IMG/VR virus record: IMGVR_UViG_3300044723_005784
Location: 1-64,000 of that record
Direction: 5' to 3' (one strand)
DNA length: 64,000 bases
Source: a virus
Taxonomy: Duplodnaviria; Caudoviricetes
Shown here piece after piece: positions 42,101 through 52,604 of this stretch (the stretch's first letter is position 1; each line of letters begins with the position of its first letter). A program made the position numbers and the translations under genes. The notes beneath the pieces were generated by a model, which ran no database searches, had not been told where the DNA came from, and was given only the letters and a program-made list of their open reading frames with translations.

Positions 42101-45100
42101 AATATTGCAACATAGTGCAAGTAACATGCTTCCTCAGTACTTGCTTACAAGCAAAGATGTTAACTTTGAAACTGCAATGCGTTATGGTATGGAAGAATAT
42201 ACCCGATTTAAAACTAAGTTTTTGGATAACATAAACAAGTTAGATATTGATTTGCGTAATCCTAGTGAAGCAGTGGATACTATTATTAGCCATATGGCAG
42301 GAACCAAGACTGATACTTTCCCATTCTTTTATACGGATATGATTGCTTGGGGTAGTCAAAAAAACGTAGTTTATCACCAGATAGATGATACCAAACAAAA
42401 AGAATTTGAATTTACTACAGAGTACAAAGAAAATACCGTCAGTGATCAATCTGTTCTAGTATATATTAAAAGAAATTATGAGTTTATTCTACTAGTAAAT
42501 GAACAGGATTACACAATTTTGACCGACAAGATTGCCATCCAATTAAGTAAAAACTACGTTACCCTAGTAGGTGATGAGTTACAAATTGTAGAGTATAATA
42601 ATACCAATGGTAGTTTTGTGCCACCTACTCCAACTAAGATGGGGTTATGGCCCAAGTGGTATCCTCAAAAATACACTGACGATAGCTACAGTAACAGTCA
42701 GACAGTTGTACAAGGGCATGACGGAAGTATCTGGGTAGGATATGGTGACATGCGAGACGATATCGTCCTGGAACTAGAAAAGCGTATCTTTAATAATATA
42801 AAAACAAATTATACCAGAGATTTGTTTAATTGGGATGATGTTATTCCTGGCTATTTTAGAAATACACTAGAGGATAGAAATACATTTGTTAACATCTATA
42901 GAAAATATTTTGCTAGCTGGGCATACAAGAACAGACTAGACTATACAACCAACACTAGCTTTGATAAAGATGATTCCTTTACCTGGAACTATTCTAATAC
43001 CACGTTTACAAATAAGTGGAGACTTCCTGGTTACTGGAGAGGGGTATACCGTTGGCTATATGATACTGATACCCCACACAGCACCCCCTGGGAAATGTTT
43101 GGATATAAAATTAAACCCACCTGGTGGGAGCAACGTTATGGACCAGCACCATACACTGCCGGTAATACTGTGCTCTGGGAAGATTTGCGTGACGGTAAAA
43201 TTTATGCAGACGGCACATCTACCACTTATACAGTAGATACTAAAATTAAACGTACTGACATACTAGATATGTTGCCTGTTGATGCACAGGGCAACCTAGT
43301 AAGTCCTAACGATAGTGTTACGATTACCAGTGGTGGCGACAATGCCAATAGAAACAGTTGGACGATCGGTGACGCTGGTCCAGTGGAAAATGCTTGGATA
43401 CGCAGTAGTGAGTGGGCGTTTACATGTCAAATTGCTGGTGCACTTATTAAGCCTAGTAAATATTTTACACTATTATTTGATACAAATCTTTTTTCCTACA
43501 ATGCAGATTACGATCAAATACTACAAAAAGATAGAACATATAGACCCAAAATAAATGACTTAAGAATTAATGGTGTAACAGTCAATGGTGTAGTTAATCG
43601 TGTGGAAGGTTACAACCAATTTTTAGAAAACTATATGACAGGTTATGGCAAAAATAAAAGTGACTTGCAAACACGTATACAAAACTTAACTCAAAATCTT
43701 GCATATAAGGTTGCAGGGTTTACGGATAAATCACAACTTAAAGTTATTATAGAAGTAGCGAGCCCTAGCAGTGTCAGTCAAAACATCTTTTTACCTGATG
43801 AAAACCTAGCAGTGCATCTACAGGAAAGCCAGCCACTTGATAGAGTGTTTTACAGTGGTGTTAATATTATTAAACGTATTAATGGTTACGAAGTTAAAGG
43901 GTTTGATATAGATGATCCTGTTTTTAGAATTATACCAAGTCAGCGTAGTCAGAATGTAAGACTAAAGACCATTGGTTCTACAACATTTACACTTTATGAT
44001 GACTTTAAAAGAGAAATTGCATTAGTACCATATAATACACTGTTTACAAGTATTAATCAGGTTGCAGACTTCCTTAATGCGTACAATCGCTATCTTAACT
44101 ATAAGGGTATTACCTTTGAATCACAAAATTCAAATGGCAAACTACTAGACTTTAATACTGGGATAGATGAATTTGGTCTTTGGATTGAACAAAACTGGGA
44201 ACCTGGCACTGTGTTGAGTATCAGTCCAGGCCTACAACAACTCACTATTGACAGACCTCTTACAACAGTTGCTGATCTTTCTAAAACTATTGCACTACGA
44301 AATAACAACAGTGCTCCTATCAAAGTAAAAGATTATAATGTTGAAAGAATCGATAATAAAACCATTGTGTCTGTTAACAACGAAAACGAGTATATGTATA
44401 GTGCTAAATTGGATCCTGTGCAGTATGAACACGTACTTGTGTTTGATAACATTACAATCTTTAATGACATAATATATCAACCCTCACTCGGTAACAGACA
44501 GGAACGACTTAAAATTGTTGGCACACGTAGCGGCAATTGGAATGGTACACTACAGGCACCCGGCAGTACACTAAGTCAGGACACTGTGGCCGTTTGGCAG
44601 TCACAACAGGATTACAAACGTGCAGATACAGTAAGTTTCAGAAACAAGATATATGTAGCAAGCAAAGATCATACCGGATCAATCACATTTGATAATGCCA
44701 ACTGGTTGCTTGTAAAAAACATGAAGTCAGGACTGTTACAAAACACAGCATCCAAAGCCAACAGTTTCCAAAGTTTTTATGATACTGACAGTATCAATTT
44801 AGAAAGTGCTACAGACAAGGCAGGCAAAGGACAAATAGGATTTAGAAATAGAGAATATTTAGAAAATTTAGGCTTAGATGACACAAGTCAGATAAAATTC
44901 TATCAGGGCATGCTTAAAAATAAAGGCACCACAGCGGCCCTAGATAAACTTATCAAAGCTAAGTTAACCAATCTTGAGCAAGAAATTAATGTTTACGAAG
45001 AGTGGGGATTTAGAGTAGGCGAGTATGGAAGTATTGGCAGCAACCAGGTGATTGAACTTGAAATTGATGAAGCCAATGCACAGAAAAATCCATTTAATTT

Positions 45101-48100
45101 GCAACTTATTGACAATGGCGAGGCTGTAGACGCTGATGTTATTGGAGTTATAGAAAAAAGCATATACAAAAAACCCGATAACTATACTAAAAATATTTTC
45201 CTCGATAGGGGCACCGGTACATTTAAAAATGACTTACTAAGCGCAGGTTTCCCTAGACTAGATGATGTAGACTTTACTGTATTCAGTATTGACGATTTAG
45301 AGACAGAACTTACAGAAAATATAGATACAATTGGCCGTGCTGATAAAATATGGATTGCTAGCCGTAATAGCACATGGGATATGTTGCGTGTCAGTGAAAC
45401 AGCAGTAAATATTATAACTGTTGAACAAAATGTAGAACCACAGATTACTTTTAGTACAGATGGTAATCATGGACTTGTTAAAGGCGATTACGTTATTGTT
45501 AAAGGAAGTAACATTGTTAAAGGGTGTTACAAAATAATTAGTGTGCAATCCCCCACGCAATTTACTGTCATTGACGAGAATTTAACTGTTGATGCCATTA
45601 ATAACACACTGCTGCCGTTGTTTAAATTAGAAAGTGTGCGTTATGCCACTCCTAACCTAATTTCAACAACTAATCCACTTTATGGTTGGGCGCCTAACGA
45701 AAAGATTTGGGTAGATTCTACTAGTACAGGAAAATGGGCAGTATTTAACAAACGCAATCCATATGATGCAAGCACGCAAATTAGTGCAAACAGTATTAGT
45801 GCTAGTGATCAACAAGGCGCTAGTGTAGATGTTAGTGCGGATGGGCTGACTTTTATATCAGGAAGTCCAGGCAGAACAACTGTTGTAAACTTTGCCAAAG
45901 ATGAAAATGGTACGTTTAATGAAACAGGCGAAAAAACTATTAGTAGTATTAGTAGTACGCTGGACGGGTTTGCAGATAGTGTAGCTTATGGTAAAGAATG
46001 GGTAGCAGTTGGTGCTCCTAGTACAGATACAAACAGGGGCGCAGTATTCATTTACAACAGAACCACAACAGGTGACATTAATATTAAACAAGCCATTGTT
46101 CCTAGTATTGGGGCACAAAATGATGAGTTTGGCTATAGTTTAGCAATTAGTAATGATGATAGATTTTTATTTGTTGGATCACCTGGCAGTGACGAAGTAT
46201 ATATGTATAGTTTGACTACTCATGCAGATACTGAAGATAATATTGCAACACTTACATGTGATGGAAGTACTACTACTTACGCTCTTGGGTTTACTCCTGT
46301 TGGTGGAGACGAATTACTAGTACAGGATAGAAACGGAAAAACTTATCTAAACGTAACTGACTATACTGTTAGCGGAAGCAATATAACGTTCAATAGTGTT
46401 CCAGTTGCTAGTCTTGTCGTTGTTGTTAGGCGCAGTAGTCACTTTAAGTTCCTACACCGAATTAGCGGCACAGCTTCAAGCAGATTTGGCCACAGTATTG
46501 CAGTAGATGCTATTGGACAAACCCTAGTAGTTGGAGCACCGCACGATAGTTCTAGTGTTAACAAAGCAGGCAGTATTAGCATTTACCATCAAGAGATTGA
46601 AAGATTTATTGGTGATGGCACCACAACAGATTTTACTACTACAGGTACTATTCCAACCAATATGGAATTTATTGAAGTAAACGGAACAACACTTATTCCG
46701 GCAGACGGAGCTTTTGGCGGATTTACTAGCGACAGTAGTGCAAATAGATACCGACGAAGTGGAAATACTATTAGTACACAATTTATTCCCAGTACTGGAG
46801 ATATAATTGAAGTATATATTGGACAGTGGAATAAAGTACAAGATAGTGCACAAGGTGATGATTATGGATTGTTAGCAAGTGAACTAAAATCGGACTCAGA
46901 GTTGTTTGGCTGGAGTGTTAGTATAGACACATATGGTGCAATAATTGCTGTTGGTGCGCCTGGTGAAGATAGTGTTAATGTAAACACCGGATCTGTTTAC
47001 GTCTTTATAGACGAAGCACGGAGATTTGGCAACACCACAACAAAAGCAACTAGTTTTGATACTGACTCTGGCAGTACTATCTTTATTAACAACGTAGAAG
47101 TTGCACTAACTAATACAAGTGATCCTGCCACAGTTAAAGCAACTATTGATGCTAAAAATATTAGTGAAGTAACAACTAGTGTTGCAGGAAATCTACTAAC
47201 AATTAGTAGTACAAATAAAACAACGAATAATAAGCTAAGTGTGCGGCCTGGCACTGGTGCTGACTATGAGAGTACTAGTAAATTAAACTTTGAACCTTTT
47301 GTAATGGCACAACGATTTAATAATCCAAATGGTAGCGATAATGAGAACTTTGGTTTAGATGTAAGATTTGACAGATTTGTTCCTGTTGGAAATGATGCAG
47401 AGCAAACTCTAGTAGTATCGAGTGACCGTGCAACTACACTGTTGTCAACAAGATTTGATGTTGTTGACACCGCTGACACAACAACATTCGATAATGGCAG
47501 CACTCAGTATATAGAAAATGTTAACGAAAGTGGTGCTGCATATGTGTATGCACTATTAGAACCAGCCGGAGTTGCTGGCGTAAATAACAGTCCACTATAT
47601 GCATACGGACAACAGTTGCGTAGTACAACGATTGACCAATTTGACAGTTTTGGCTGCGCAATTGCTGTATTAGATAACAGGATTTATGTAGGTAGTAAAA
47701 ACGACGACCAGTTCAAAACAAATGGCGGTAGTACTTATGAATTTACTAATACTACTAGAACCGCAGTATGGAATATGCTGCGTACTCAAGATGATAAAGT
47801 AGACATTGGCAGTATCAACAGAGTTATTACATATGATAAACGCAATCAGCAAATTATAAGTTTTCTTGATACTATAGACATTGCCAAAGGTAAACTACCA
47901 GGACGGGCCCAGGCAGAGCTAGATTTTATAACAGAGTACGATCCCGCAATTTATAGTATTGGCAACAGTACTCGCTTACAGGTCAATACCAATAATGCCT
48001 GGAATAATGAATACGTTAGCAAAACTTGGTGGGATATTACCCAGTGCCGTATTTTAGATTACGAACAAGGTGAATTAGCATATCGTAGAAATAATTGGAA

Positions 48101-51100
48101 TGCGTTCTTCCCAGGAAGCGAAATTGTAGTTTGCGAATGGGTAGAAAGTCAGGTATTACCAAGCGAATATGTTGCCAATGGTGGCGAAGGTGTTCCACTA
48201 TATCCAGATGACAGTGCTTACAGCCAAAATCTACAATTCAATAGTATTAGTAATACTACTAAGACACTTTACTATTATTGGGTAACAAACAAAGACAGTT
48301 ATCCAAATAACGATATTCGTACAATGAGCACAAATAGTGTTGAAGCCCAGATCACTGATCCAGTTGCTGCCGGCATCAAGTTTATGAGCTTGATTGGTCA
48401 GAATGCAATGATGTTTAATAATATAAAACCTGATCTTAAAGATAAAAATACTATTGTTGCTATAAATTATGATAAACTCCTAAATGACGGAGTGCTACAT
48501 AGTGAATTTGATTTAGTTGCTGAAGACGACCCAGACCAAATTATACCTATTAGAATCTGGAATAAAATTGTAGATAGCATGTCAGGCGCAGATATCCAGA
48601 GTAACATTATCCCAGATCCCACACTGAGTGCTGGCGAAAAATACGGAATAGGCATACGTCCAAGACAAACAATGTTTGTTAATAGACAAGAAGCTGCTAA
48701 AGTGATGGTAGATTTTGTTAATAAAGAATTTGCAAAGTTGCCAATTGTGCGTAACAATGTTATTACTGGCTTTACGGTAAGCGATCCAATCCCAACAAAA
48801 AATAGTGGGGAATGGAATCAGAAAGTTGCTGATATAACAACTAGAGATTATTTAAACACTGAAATACTTAGTGCAGGATATCTAGTGTTAGTGGAACAAG
48901 ATACTAACTTTGATAACCAGTGGACAATATATATTCTTGAGGGTGAAGGAGATCAGAAATCCTGGGCCCTACGCAAAATACAAGGATATGACACTGCTCG
49001 CTACTGGGATTACGTAACTTGGTATGCAACCGGTTATGATGTGCATACAGTTCCTAACTATCAGGTAACTAACGAACCACAGTTATTAACACTTACACAA
49101 GCAACAGAAGGACAGATTGCAAAAGTACTTTCCAATGATGATGGCAACTTTAGTTTGTTTTGTAAAAAAGGTGGTAATTGGGTCGAGGTTGTTATTGAAC
49201 GTGGCACAATAAAACTACGTGATACTATCTGGGACTATAGTAATGCCAATTATGGTAGTTATGTTGGTTATGATAATAGCAACTTTGACTTTGGGCAATT
49301 TGATAGAATCCCACAGATTGAATTACGCCAACTATTAAACACCATTAAAAATGATATCTTTATTAATGAACAACGGCTACTTTTTAACACACTATTCTTT
49401 AGATTAATTGAGTATAGTCTACATGAACAAAACTTTGGTGTTGATTGGGTATTTAAAAGCAGCTTTATTAAAACTATACACAAACAGAGAGATCTAAATC
49501 AATATCCTACATATAAAAACGATAACAGTCTGTTCATTGAACAGTTTATTCAAGAAGTAAAGCCGTACCATACTAAAATTAGAGAATACATCACAGCATA
49601 TGACGGAAATGACAATTTTAACGGAGACATAACAGACTTTGACGTTCATACATTTTACGATGAGAAATTGGGATACTTCCGCAAGCCAAGTGGGGACTAC
49701 CAAGGCGATAATATTACAAGGATTGCCGGTGTCAACAAGCCCTGGGCTGACAACTACGGCTATTACCTAAACACAGTAGAAATATATGCTGCCGGCACAG
49801 GCTACACATCTAATCCTGAAGTAACAGTGAGTTTACCAGATTTAGTTGGAGGCACACAAGCAACTGTACAGGCAATCTCAAACGGTGATAGTATTGTTAG
49901 CGCACAGGTGCTAAACAAAGGAAGTGGCTATACCAAGACCCCAACAATAACAATTAACACTGGTACAGCAGGTACAGGTTGTGTATTACTCCCACGTATT
50001 AAAAATGACACACACCGTGAATTTGATACGACACTTAAATTTGACAGGATTACATACAGTAGTAATATTAAAACATGGTCGGCTAACACTGCATTTGAGT
50101 ATGAAGATTTAGTAGTATATCAAAACCCAGACACAAAAGTGCAGGAACTTTATCAAGTCCACGTAACGGGCGGAACAACGACAGGTGCTACGTTTAGTAC
50201 TGAAGATAGCACAGGTACAGTAGTATTTGTTGCATACGCTGACGAAAATGTAGCAAGTGCAGCAGATAGAATAGAGGCATACTATGTACCATCAACTGGA
50301 ATGATTGGTGATGATTTAGCTCTACTACAAGAAGGCACTGATTACACTAGCACAAGAGTTGGCGGGGTAGGCTTTGATAAAGAGCCAGGATTTGACAGTG
50401 CAAACTTTGACACATTAGGTTTTGACGATTTTGAAATTGATGTGGATGGATTACGTGTGCTCAGTGGTCAAAGTGCATTTGATACTACAATAAGCAGTAC
50501 ATTTAAAGACCTTGCACTAGGTACACGCCCAGAAGATATTAACATAGATGGCGGCGCTTTTGTAGACGAATACAATAGTCATGCACCAGAAGAAGTTGTA
50601 CCAGGCAGAGTATTTGATACACTCGATATGGAGGTTTATACTGATCCAAGTGATGACTTTGAAGCCGACGGTAATAGTTTCCCAATTACTTACAGAACAT
50701 ATTTAGGTGACGGTAGCACTAAACGATTTAATTATGCAGGCGATATACAAGCAGATCAGGTTACACTAGTAATTGCTTATTTAGGTAGCACGCCAGAGCG
50801 TAACTTTACTATTGATTATGAAACTAGAGAACTAGTATTTGATACTGCTCCGGCAGCCAATAGTAATATTTTTATATACGGGTACGGATCAACAGGCGAA
50901 AAACTAACACATGAAGAAACAATTATTGCAGATGGTAGTACACTAGCATATGCTCTTGCAATTCCATTTACTCGTGTAGCACAAATGCAAGTACTAGTGG
51001 ATGGCCAAGAAACAACAGACTTTACATTTACAGAGGTAGATGGACGCACAGTTGTGTCATTTATAAGTATAGTTCCTGGAAACGGACAAGAGTTGCATTT

Positions 51101-52571
51101 CCTTACAAGCTCACTCGCTGCTGGCAGACTGCCATTTACAACGCCAGTACAAAAGACATTTACTTTAGATGGCAGTAATAGAACAATTGCTATTGGTGAA
51201 ACTGTACAGTATGGAGAACCACTAGAAGGTAATATTATTGTAGAGCTCAACGGTATAAGACTTACTCCAACAAATGCTAGCCACTACACATTAGATGGTA
51301 GTACGACATACTATAGAGCACCAATTAGTAAAGGTGAAACAATTGCAAATACAATTGATGGACAGATTGGTGTTACACATATTAAAAAGAGTACAAACCA
51401 AACAGTAAACCTTGACAGATATCAGGACTATAATATAACTACACTGGCTGAGGCATTTGACGTTACGGCAGATAGCAGTGTAACTACTGTAGACGCTGAT
51501 AGTGTTACTGCTGACCAAGATGGCAGCGGCACAGATTACCGTGCAGTTCAATTAAACAGTGCACTCACATCTGGTGATAGCCTAATTGTTTATTATAACA
51601 ATGGTGAATACACTACAGACGGCACCAACCTTTATATTAACGAAGAGATTAGTATTAGTAATGGTGACGAACTAGTAGTAACAATGTTTAGTAACCATGA
51701 TCCGCTTAGAATACAAACACAGGTATTCAAAGGGTTGGGCACTGATATTACAACTGTTGCTTTTGATTATGATGGAAATGCTTACGATAGCAACATCTAT
51801 GATGGACTAACAGAATCTGGCACCGCACAGGCAAGATATAGTTTAGATAGAACGCTTACAGCAACTAGTAACCTTAACTATCTCTGGGTTACAGTTAATG
51901 GTACAAAATTGCATCCAGGACAATATGGTGTAGATGGCACAGGTAGACTTGATCTAAGTAACTTTGATGGTGTAACCTTGGATGCTGACAGTATCATTAC
52001 TATAACTAGTATTAGTGAAAATATAGTGCAGCCAACAACAGGATTTAGAGTATTCTATAACATGTTAGGCGAAACTGAGTACTTTAGACTTTGTGCAGAC
52101 ACATCAACTAAACTTAGCGTGGAACTTAAACCTGCAGATACAAGAGTTTATGTCAGTAATGCGAGCGTTCTAACTCAAGTAACACCAACCAGTCAATACC
52201 CTGGAGTGCTATTTGTAGGTAACGAGCGCATTACATATTGGGAAATTGACACTACCAATAATTATGTTACAAATATTAGACGTGGCACAGGCGGAACAAG
52301 GTTTGCTACAGAACATAGAGTAGGAACAACAGTTGTTAATAGTAGCGAAGACGAACGTTTACCACAAATAAACACTCACACAAATACCTGGTATGATCTA
52401 GGAACAGGAACGGCTGCAAACGGGCTTGGCTTGCAACAATCTGCTGGTTTAAATGCACAATTCCTCAAGGACTGTGAAGCGATTATACCAAATTATCTAG
52501 TAGAACTCAGTGCTAATAGTTATATTGTAGATGGTTATGTTGCCGAGGGCTACATTGAGGAACAACAATAA
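39135..52571 (+). CDS. Giant baseplate wedge / virion protein (gp7-like position), 4478 aa
   Basis: Follows gp6; N-terminal LLPEIF..NKKFL..TLDQL; FG-GAP-like propeller repeats; VKPYHTKIR; GTGYT Ig-like repeats; GDGST modules. Confidence 0.75.
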   Translation: MATRKSSTLLPEIFRSSKNKKFLNATLDQLISEPAPVKINSYIGRKNSAGYVVGDGYLQETTVERQNFQLEPAVIYKDSNKKIDSVHMYTDMLNAVNYYNGNSTKTTDLFAQDYYNWSGFVDYDKLVNYGEYFWLPEGPDSVQVFSSAVDTQDSFKVLRESVNYERYPFDSTNFDAQPFDGVTTDIAVGEPFYRFDDVTSNPNPTLYLARGGEYTFEVEQEGVPFWIQTERGLSGESTTQGNVSTREVAGVTNNGAEVGTITWRVPTIDSQNSLVEMVQQHTVDFATHHTYKELQNRVLSDFFAEHQTGIDGVTQIDGKTIIFATTNPDADEWEQGSLYDSYGYDSNTDPVTLAPGSFDTTTTLTFDERYGVFRVNIVNISGTDTIQLTRLADIDRLKKVGVKSGVNYGNREFERTAEGFLQLIPPITAIQDTLFYQDGVDANRFGKIVLVDPGNNAKINVVDDILGQPSYASPNGVNFINGLKVEFNSDVIPSTYAGEWYVEGVGTEIQLVNVDSLKTPEPYSETLVNGYDSDLFDNGGLEQTKDAPILQDYILINRASSDLNAWSRYNRWFHRRVIEATATLNGFNPTIEETARAKRPIIEFDAGLQLFNYGTNGKRYVDVIDVTQTDALSNVNGAVGYFSEQFNLTPGVTVVFTQDLDTRQNVYQVKKVDEDNDSTTSKIIVLERIDTIEPGDVLVSNFGAGVQGKAYHFKDTTSGWVSAQQKTKINQEPLFDIFDATHTSFSDGTRYPSSTFVGNKLLSYKRATTGSADTKLGFALTYKNFDSIGDIVFENNYIKDTFQYTKSDTGATNLIVKSGHVHKFKKQSDGTTKRTLENGWRKVMRPSEQWQIVQYDVDTEFYSFEIGSAKTEMSGFSTLKVYLNNLFVDPSKYTEVTINDKYFVTFTDALNKGDVVTIKVISSTVNSLGYYAVPLNLENNANNEDFTEITVGQARNHLTELATNIPTLVGNSLGSNNIRDIDYKKYPGKILQHSASNMLPQYLLTSKDVNFETAMRYGMEEYTRFKTKFLDNINKLDIDLRNPSEAVDTIISHMAGTKTDTFPFFYTDMIAWGSQKNVVYHQIDDTKQKEFEFTTEYKENTVSDQSVLVYIKRNYEFILLVNEQDYTILTDKIAIQLSKNYVTLVGDELQIVEYNNTNGSFVPPTPTKMGLWPKWYPQKYTDDSYSNSQTVVQGHDGSIWVGYGDMRDDIVLELEKRIFNNIKTNYTRDLFNWDDVIPGYFRNTLEDRNTFVNIYRKYFASWAYKNRLDYTTNTSFDKDDSFTWNYSNTTFTNKWRLPGYWRGVYRWLYDTDTPHSTPWEMFGYKIKPTWWEQRYGPAPYTAGNTVLWEDLRDGKIYADGTSTTYTVDTKIKRTDILDMLPVDAQGNLVSPNDSVTITSGGDNANRNSWTIGDAGPVENAWIRSSEWAFTCQIAGALIKPSKYFTLLFDTNLFSYNADYDQILQKDRTYRPKINDLRINGVTVNGVVNRVEGYNQFLENYMTGYGKNKSDLQTRIQNLTQNLAYKVAGFTDKSQLKVIIEVASPSSVSQNIFLPDENLAVHLQESQPLDRVFYSGVNIIKRINGYEVKGFDIDDPVFRIIPSQRSQNVRLKTIGSTTFTLYDDFKREIALVPYNTLFTSINQVADFLNAYNRYLNYKGITFESQNSNGKLLDFNTGIDEFGLWIEQNWEPGTVLSISPGLQQLTIDRPLTTVADLSKTIALRNNNSAPIKVKDYNVERIDNKTIVSVNNENEYMYSAKLDPVQYEHVLVFDNITIFNDIIYQPSLGNRQERLKIVGTRSGNWNGTLQAPGSTLSQDTVAVWQSQQDYKRADTVSFRNKIYVASKDHTGSITFDNANWLLVKNMKSGLLQNTASKANSFQSFYDTDSINLESATDKAGKGQIGFRNREYLENLGLDDTSQIKFYQGMLKNKGTTAALDKLIKAKLTNLEQEINVYEEWGFRVGEYGSIGSNQVIELEIDEANAQKNPFNLQLIDNGEAVDADVIGVIEKSIYKKPDNYTKNIFLDRGTGTFKNDLLSAGFPRLDDVDFTVFSIDDLETELTENIDTIGRADKIWIASRNSTWDMLRVSETAVNIITVEQNVEPQITFSTDGNHGLVKGDYVIVKGSNIVKGCYKIISVQSPTQFTVIDENLTVDAINNTLLPLFKLESVRYATPNLISTTNPLYGWAPNEKIWVDSTSTGKWAVFNKRNPYDASTQISANSISASDQQGASVDVSADGLTFISGSPGRTTVVNFAKDENGTFNETGEKTISSISSTLDGFADSVAYGKEWVAVGAPSTDTNRGAVFIYNRTTTGDINIKQAIVPSIGAQNDEFGYSLAISNDDRFLFVGSPGSDEVYMYSLTTHADTEDNIATLTCDGSTTTYALGFTPVGGDELLVQDRNGKTYLNVTDYTVSGSNITFNSVPVASLVVVVRRSSHFKFLHRISGTASSRFGHSIAVDAIGQTLVVGAPHDSSSVNKAGSISIYHQEIERFIGDGTTTDFTTTGTIPTNMEFIEVNGTTLIPADGAFGGFTSDSSANRYRRSGNTISTQFIPSTGDIIEVYIGQWNKVQDSAQGDDYGLLASELKSDSELFGWSVSIDTYGAIIAVGAPGEDSVNVNTGSVYVFIDEARRFGNTTTKATSFDTDSGSTIFINNVEVALTNTSDPATVKATIDAKNISEVTTSVAGNLLTISSTNKTTNNKLSVRPGTGADYESTSKLNFEPFVMAQRFNNPNGSDNENFGLDVRFDRFVPVGNDAEQTLVVSSDRATTLLSTRFDVVDTADTTTFDNGSTQYIENVNESGAAYVYALLEPAGVAGVNNSPLYAYGQQLRSTTIDQFDSFGCAIAVLDNRIYVGSKNDDQFKTNGGSTYEFTNTTRTAVWNMLRTQDDKVDIGSINRVITYDKRNQQIISFLDTIDIAKGKLPGRAQAELDFITEYDPAIYSIGNSTRLQVNTNNAWNNEYVSKTWWDITQCRILDYEQGELAYRRNNWNAFFPGSEIVVCEWVESQVLPSEYVANGGEGVPLYPDDSAYSQNLQFNSISNTTKTLYYYWVTNKDSYPNNDIRTMSTNSVEAQITDPVAAGIKFMSLIGQNAMMFNNIKPDLKDKNTIVAINYDKLLNDGVLHSEFDLVAEDDPDQIIPIRIWNKIVDSMSGADIQSNIIPDPTLSAGEKYGIGIRPRQTMFVNRQEAAKVMVDFVNKEFAKLPIVRNNVITGFTVSDPIPTKNSGEWNQKVADITTRDYLNTEILSAGYLVLVEQDTNFDNQWTIYILEGEGDQKSWALRKIQGYDTARYWDYVTWYATGYDVHTVPNYQVTNEPQLLTLTQATEGQIAKVLSNDDGNFSLFCKKGGNWVEVVIERGTIKLRDTIWDYSNANYGSYVGYDNSNFDFGQFDRIPQIELRQLLNTIKNDIFINEQRLLFNTLFFRLIEYSLHEQNFGVDWVFKSSFIKTIHKQRDLNQYPTYKNDNSLFIEQFIQEVKPYHTKIREYITAYDGNDNFNGDITDFDVHTFYDEKLGYFRKPSGDYQGDNITRIAGVNKPWADNYGYYLNTVEIYAAGTGYTSNPEVTVSLPDLVGGTQATVQAISNGDSIVSAQVLNKGSGYTKTPTITINTGTAGTGCVLLPRIKNDTHREFDTTLKFDRITYSSNIKTWSANTAFEYEDLVVYQNPDTKVQELYQVHVTGGTTTGATFSTEDSTGTVVFVAYADENVASAADRIEAYYVPSTGMIGDDLALLQEGTDYTSTRVGGVGFDKEPGFDSANFDTLGFDDFEIDVDGLRVLSGQSAFDTTISSTFKDLALGTRPEDINIDGGAFVDEYNSHAPEEVVPGRVFDTLDMEVYTDPSDDFEADGNSFPITYRTYLGDGSTKRFNYAGDIQADQVTLVIAYLGSTPERNFTIDYETRELVFDTAPAANSNIFIYGYGSTGEKLTHEETIIADGSTLAYALAIPFTRVAQMQVLVDGQETTDFTFTEVDGRTVVSFISIVPGNGQELHFLTSSLAAGRLPFTTPVQKTFTLDGSNRTIAIGETVQYGEPLEGNIIVELNGIRLTPTNASHYTLDGSTTYYRAPISKGETIANTIDGQIGVTHIKKSTNQTVNLDRYQDYNITTLAEAFDVTADSSVTTVDADSVTADQDGSGTDYRAVQLNSALTSGDSLIVYYNNGEYTTDGTNLYINEEISISNGDELVVTMFSNHDPLRIQTQVFKGLGTDITTVAFDYDGNAYDSNIYDGLTESGTAQARYSLDRTLTATSNLNYLWVTVNGTKLHPGQYGVDGTGRLDLSNFDGVTLDADSIITITSISENIVQPTTGFRVFYNMLGETEYFRLCADTSTKLSVELKPADTRVYVSNASVLTQVTPTSQYPGVLFVGNERITYWEIDTTNNYVTNIRRGTGGTRFATEHRVGTTVVNSSEDERLPQINTHTNTWYDLGTGTAANGLGLQQSAGLNAQFLKDCEAIIPNYLVELSANSYIVDGYVAEGYIEEQQ

Positions 52572-52604
52572 AATGGAAATAAATAACATAAAGGTTAACC
52601 TAAA

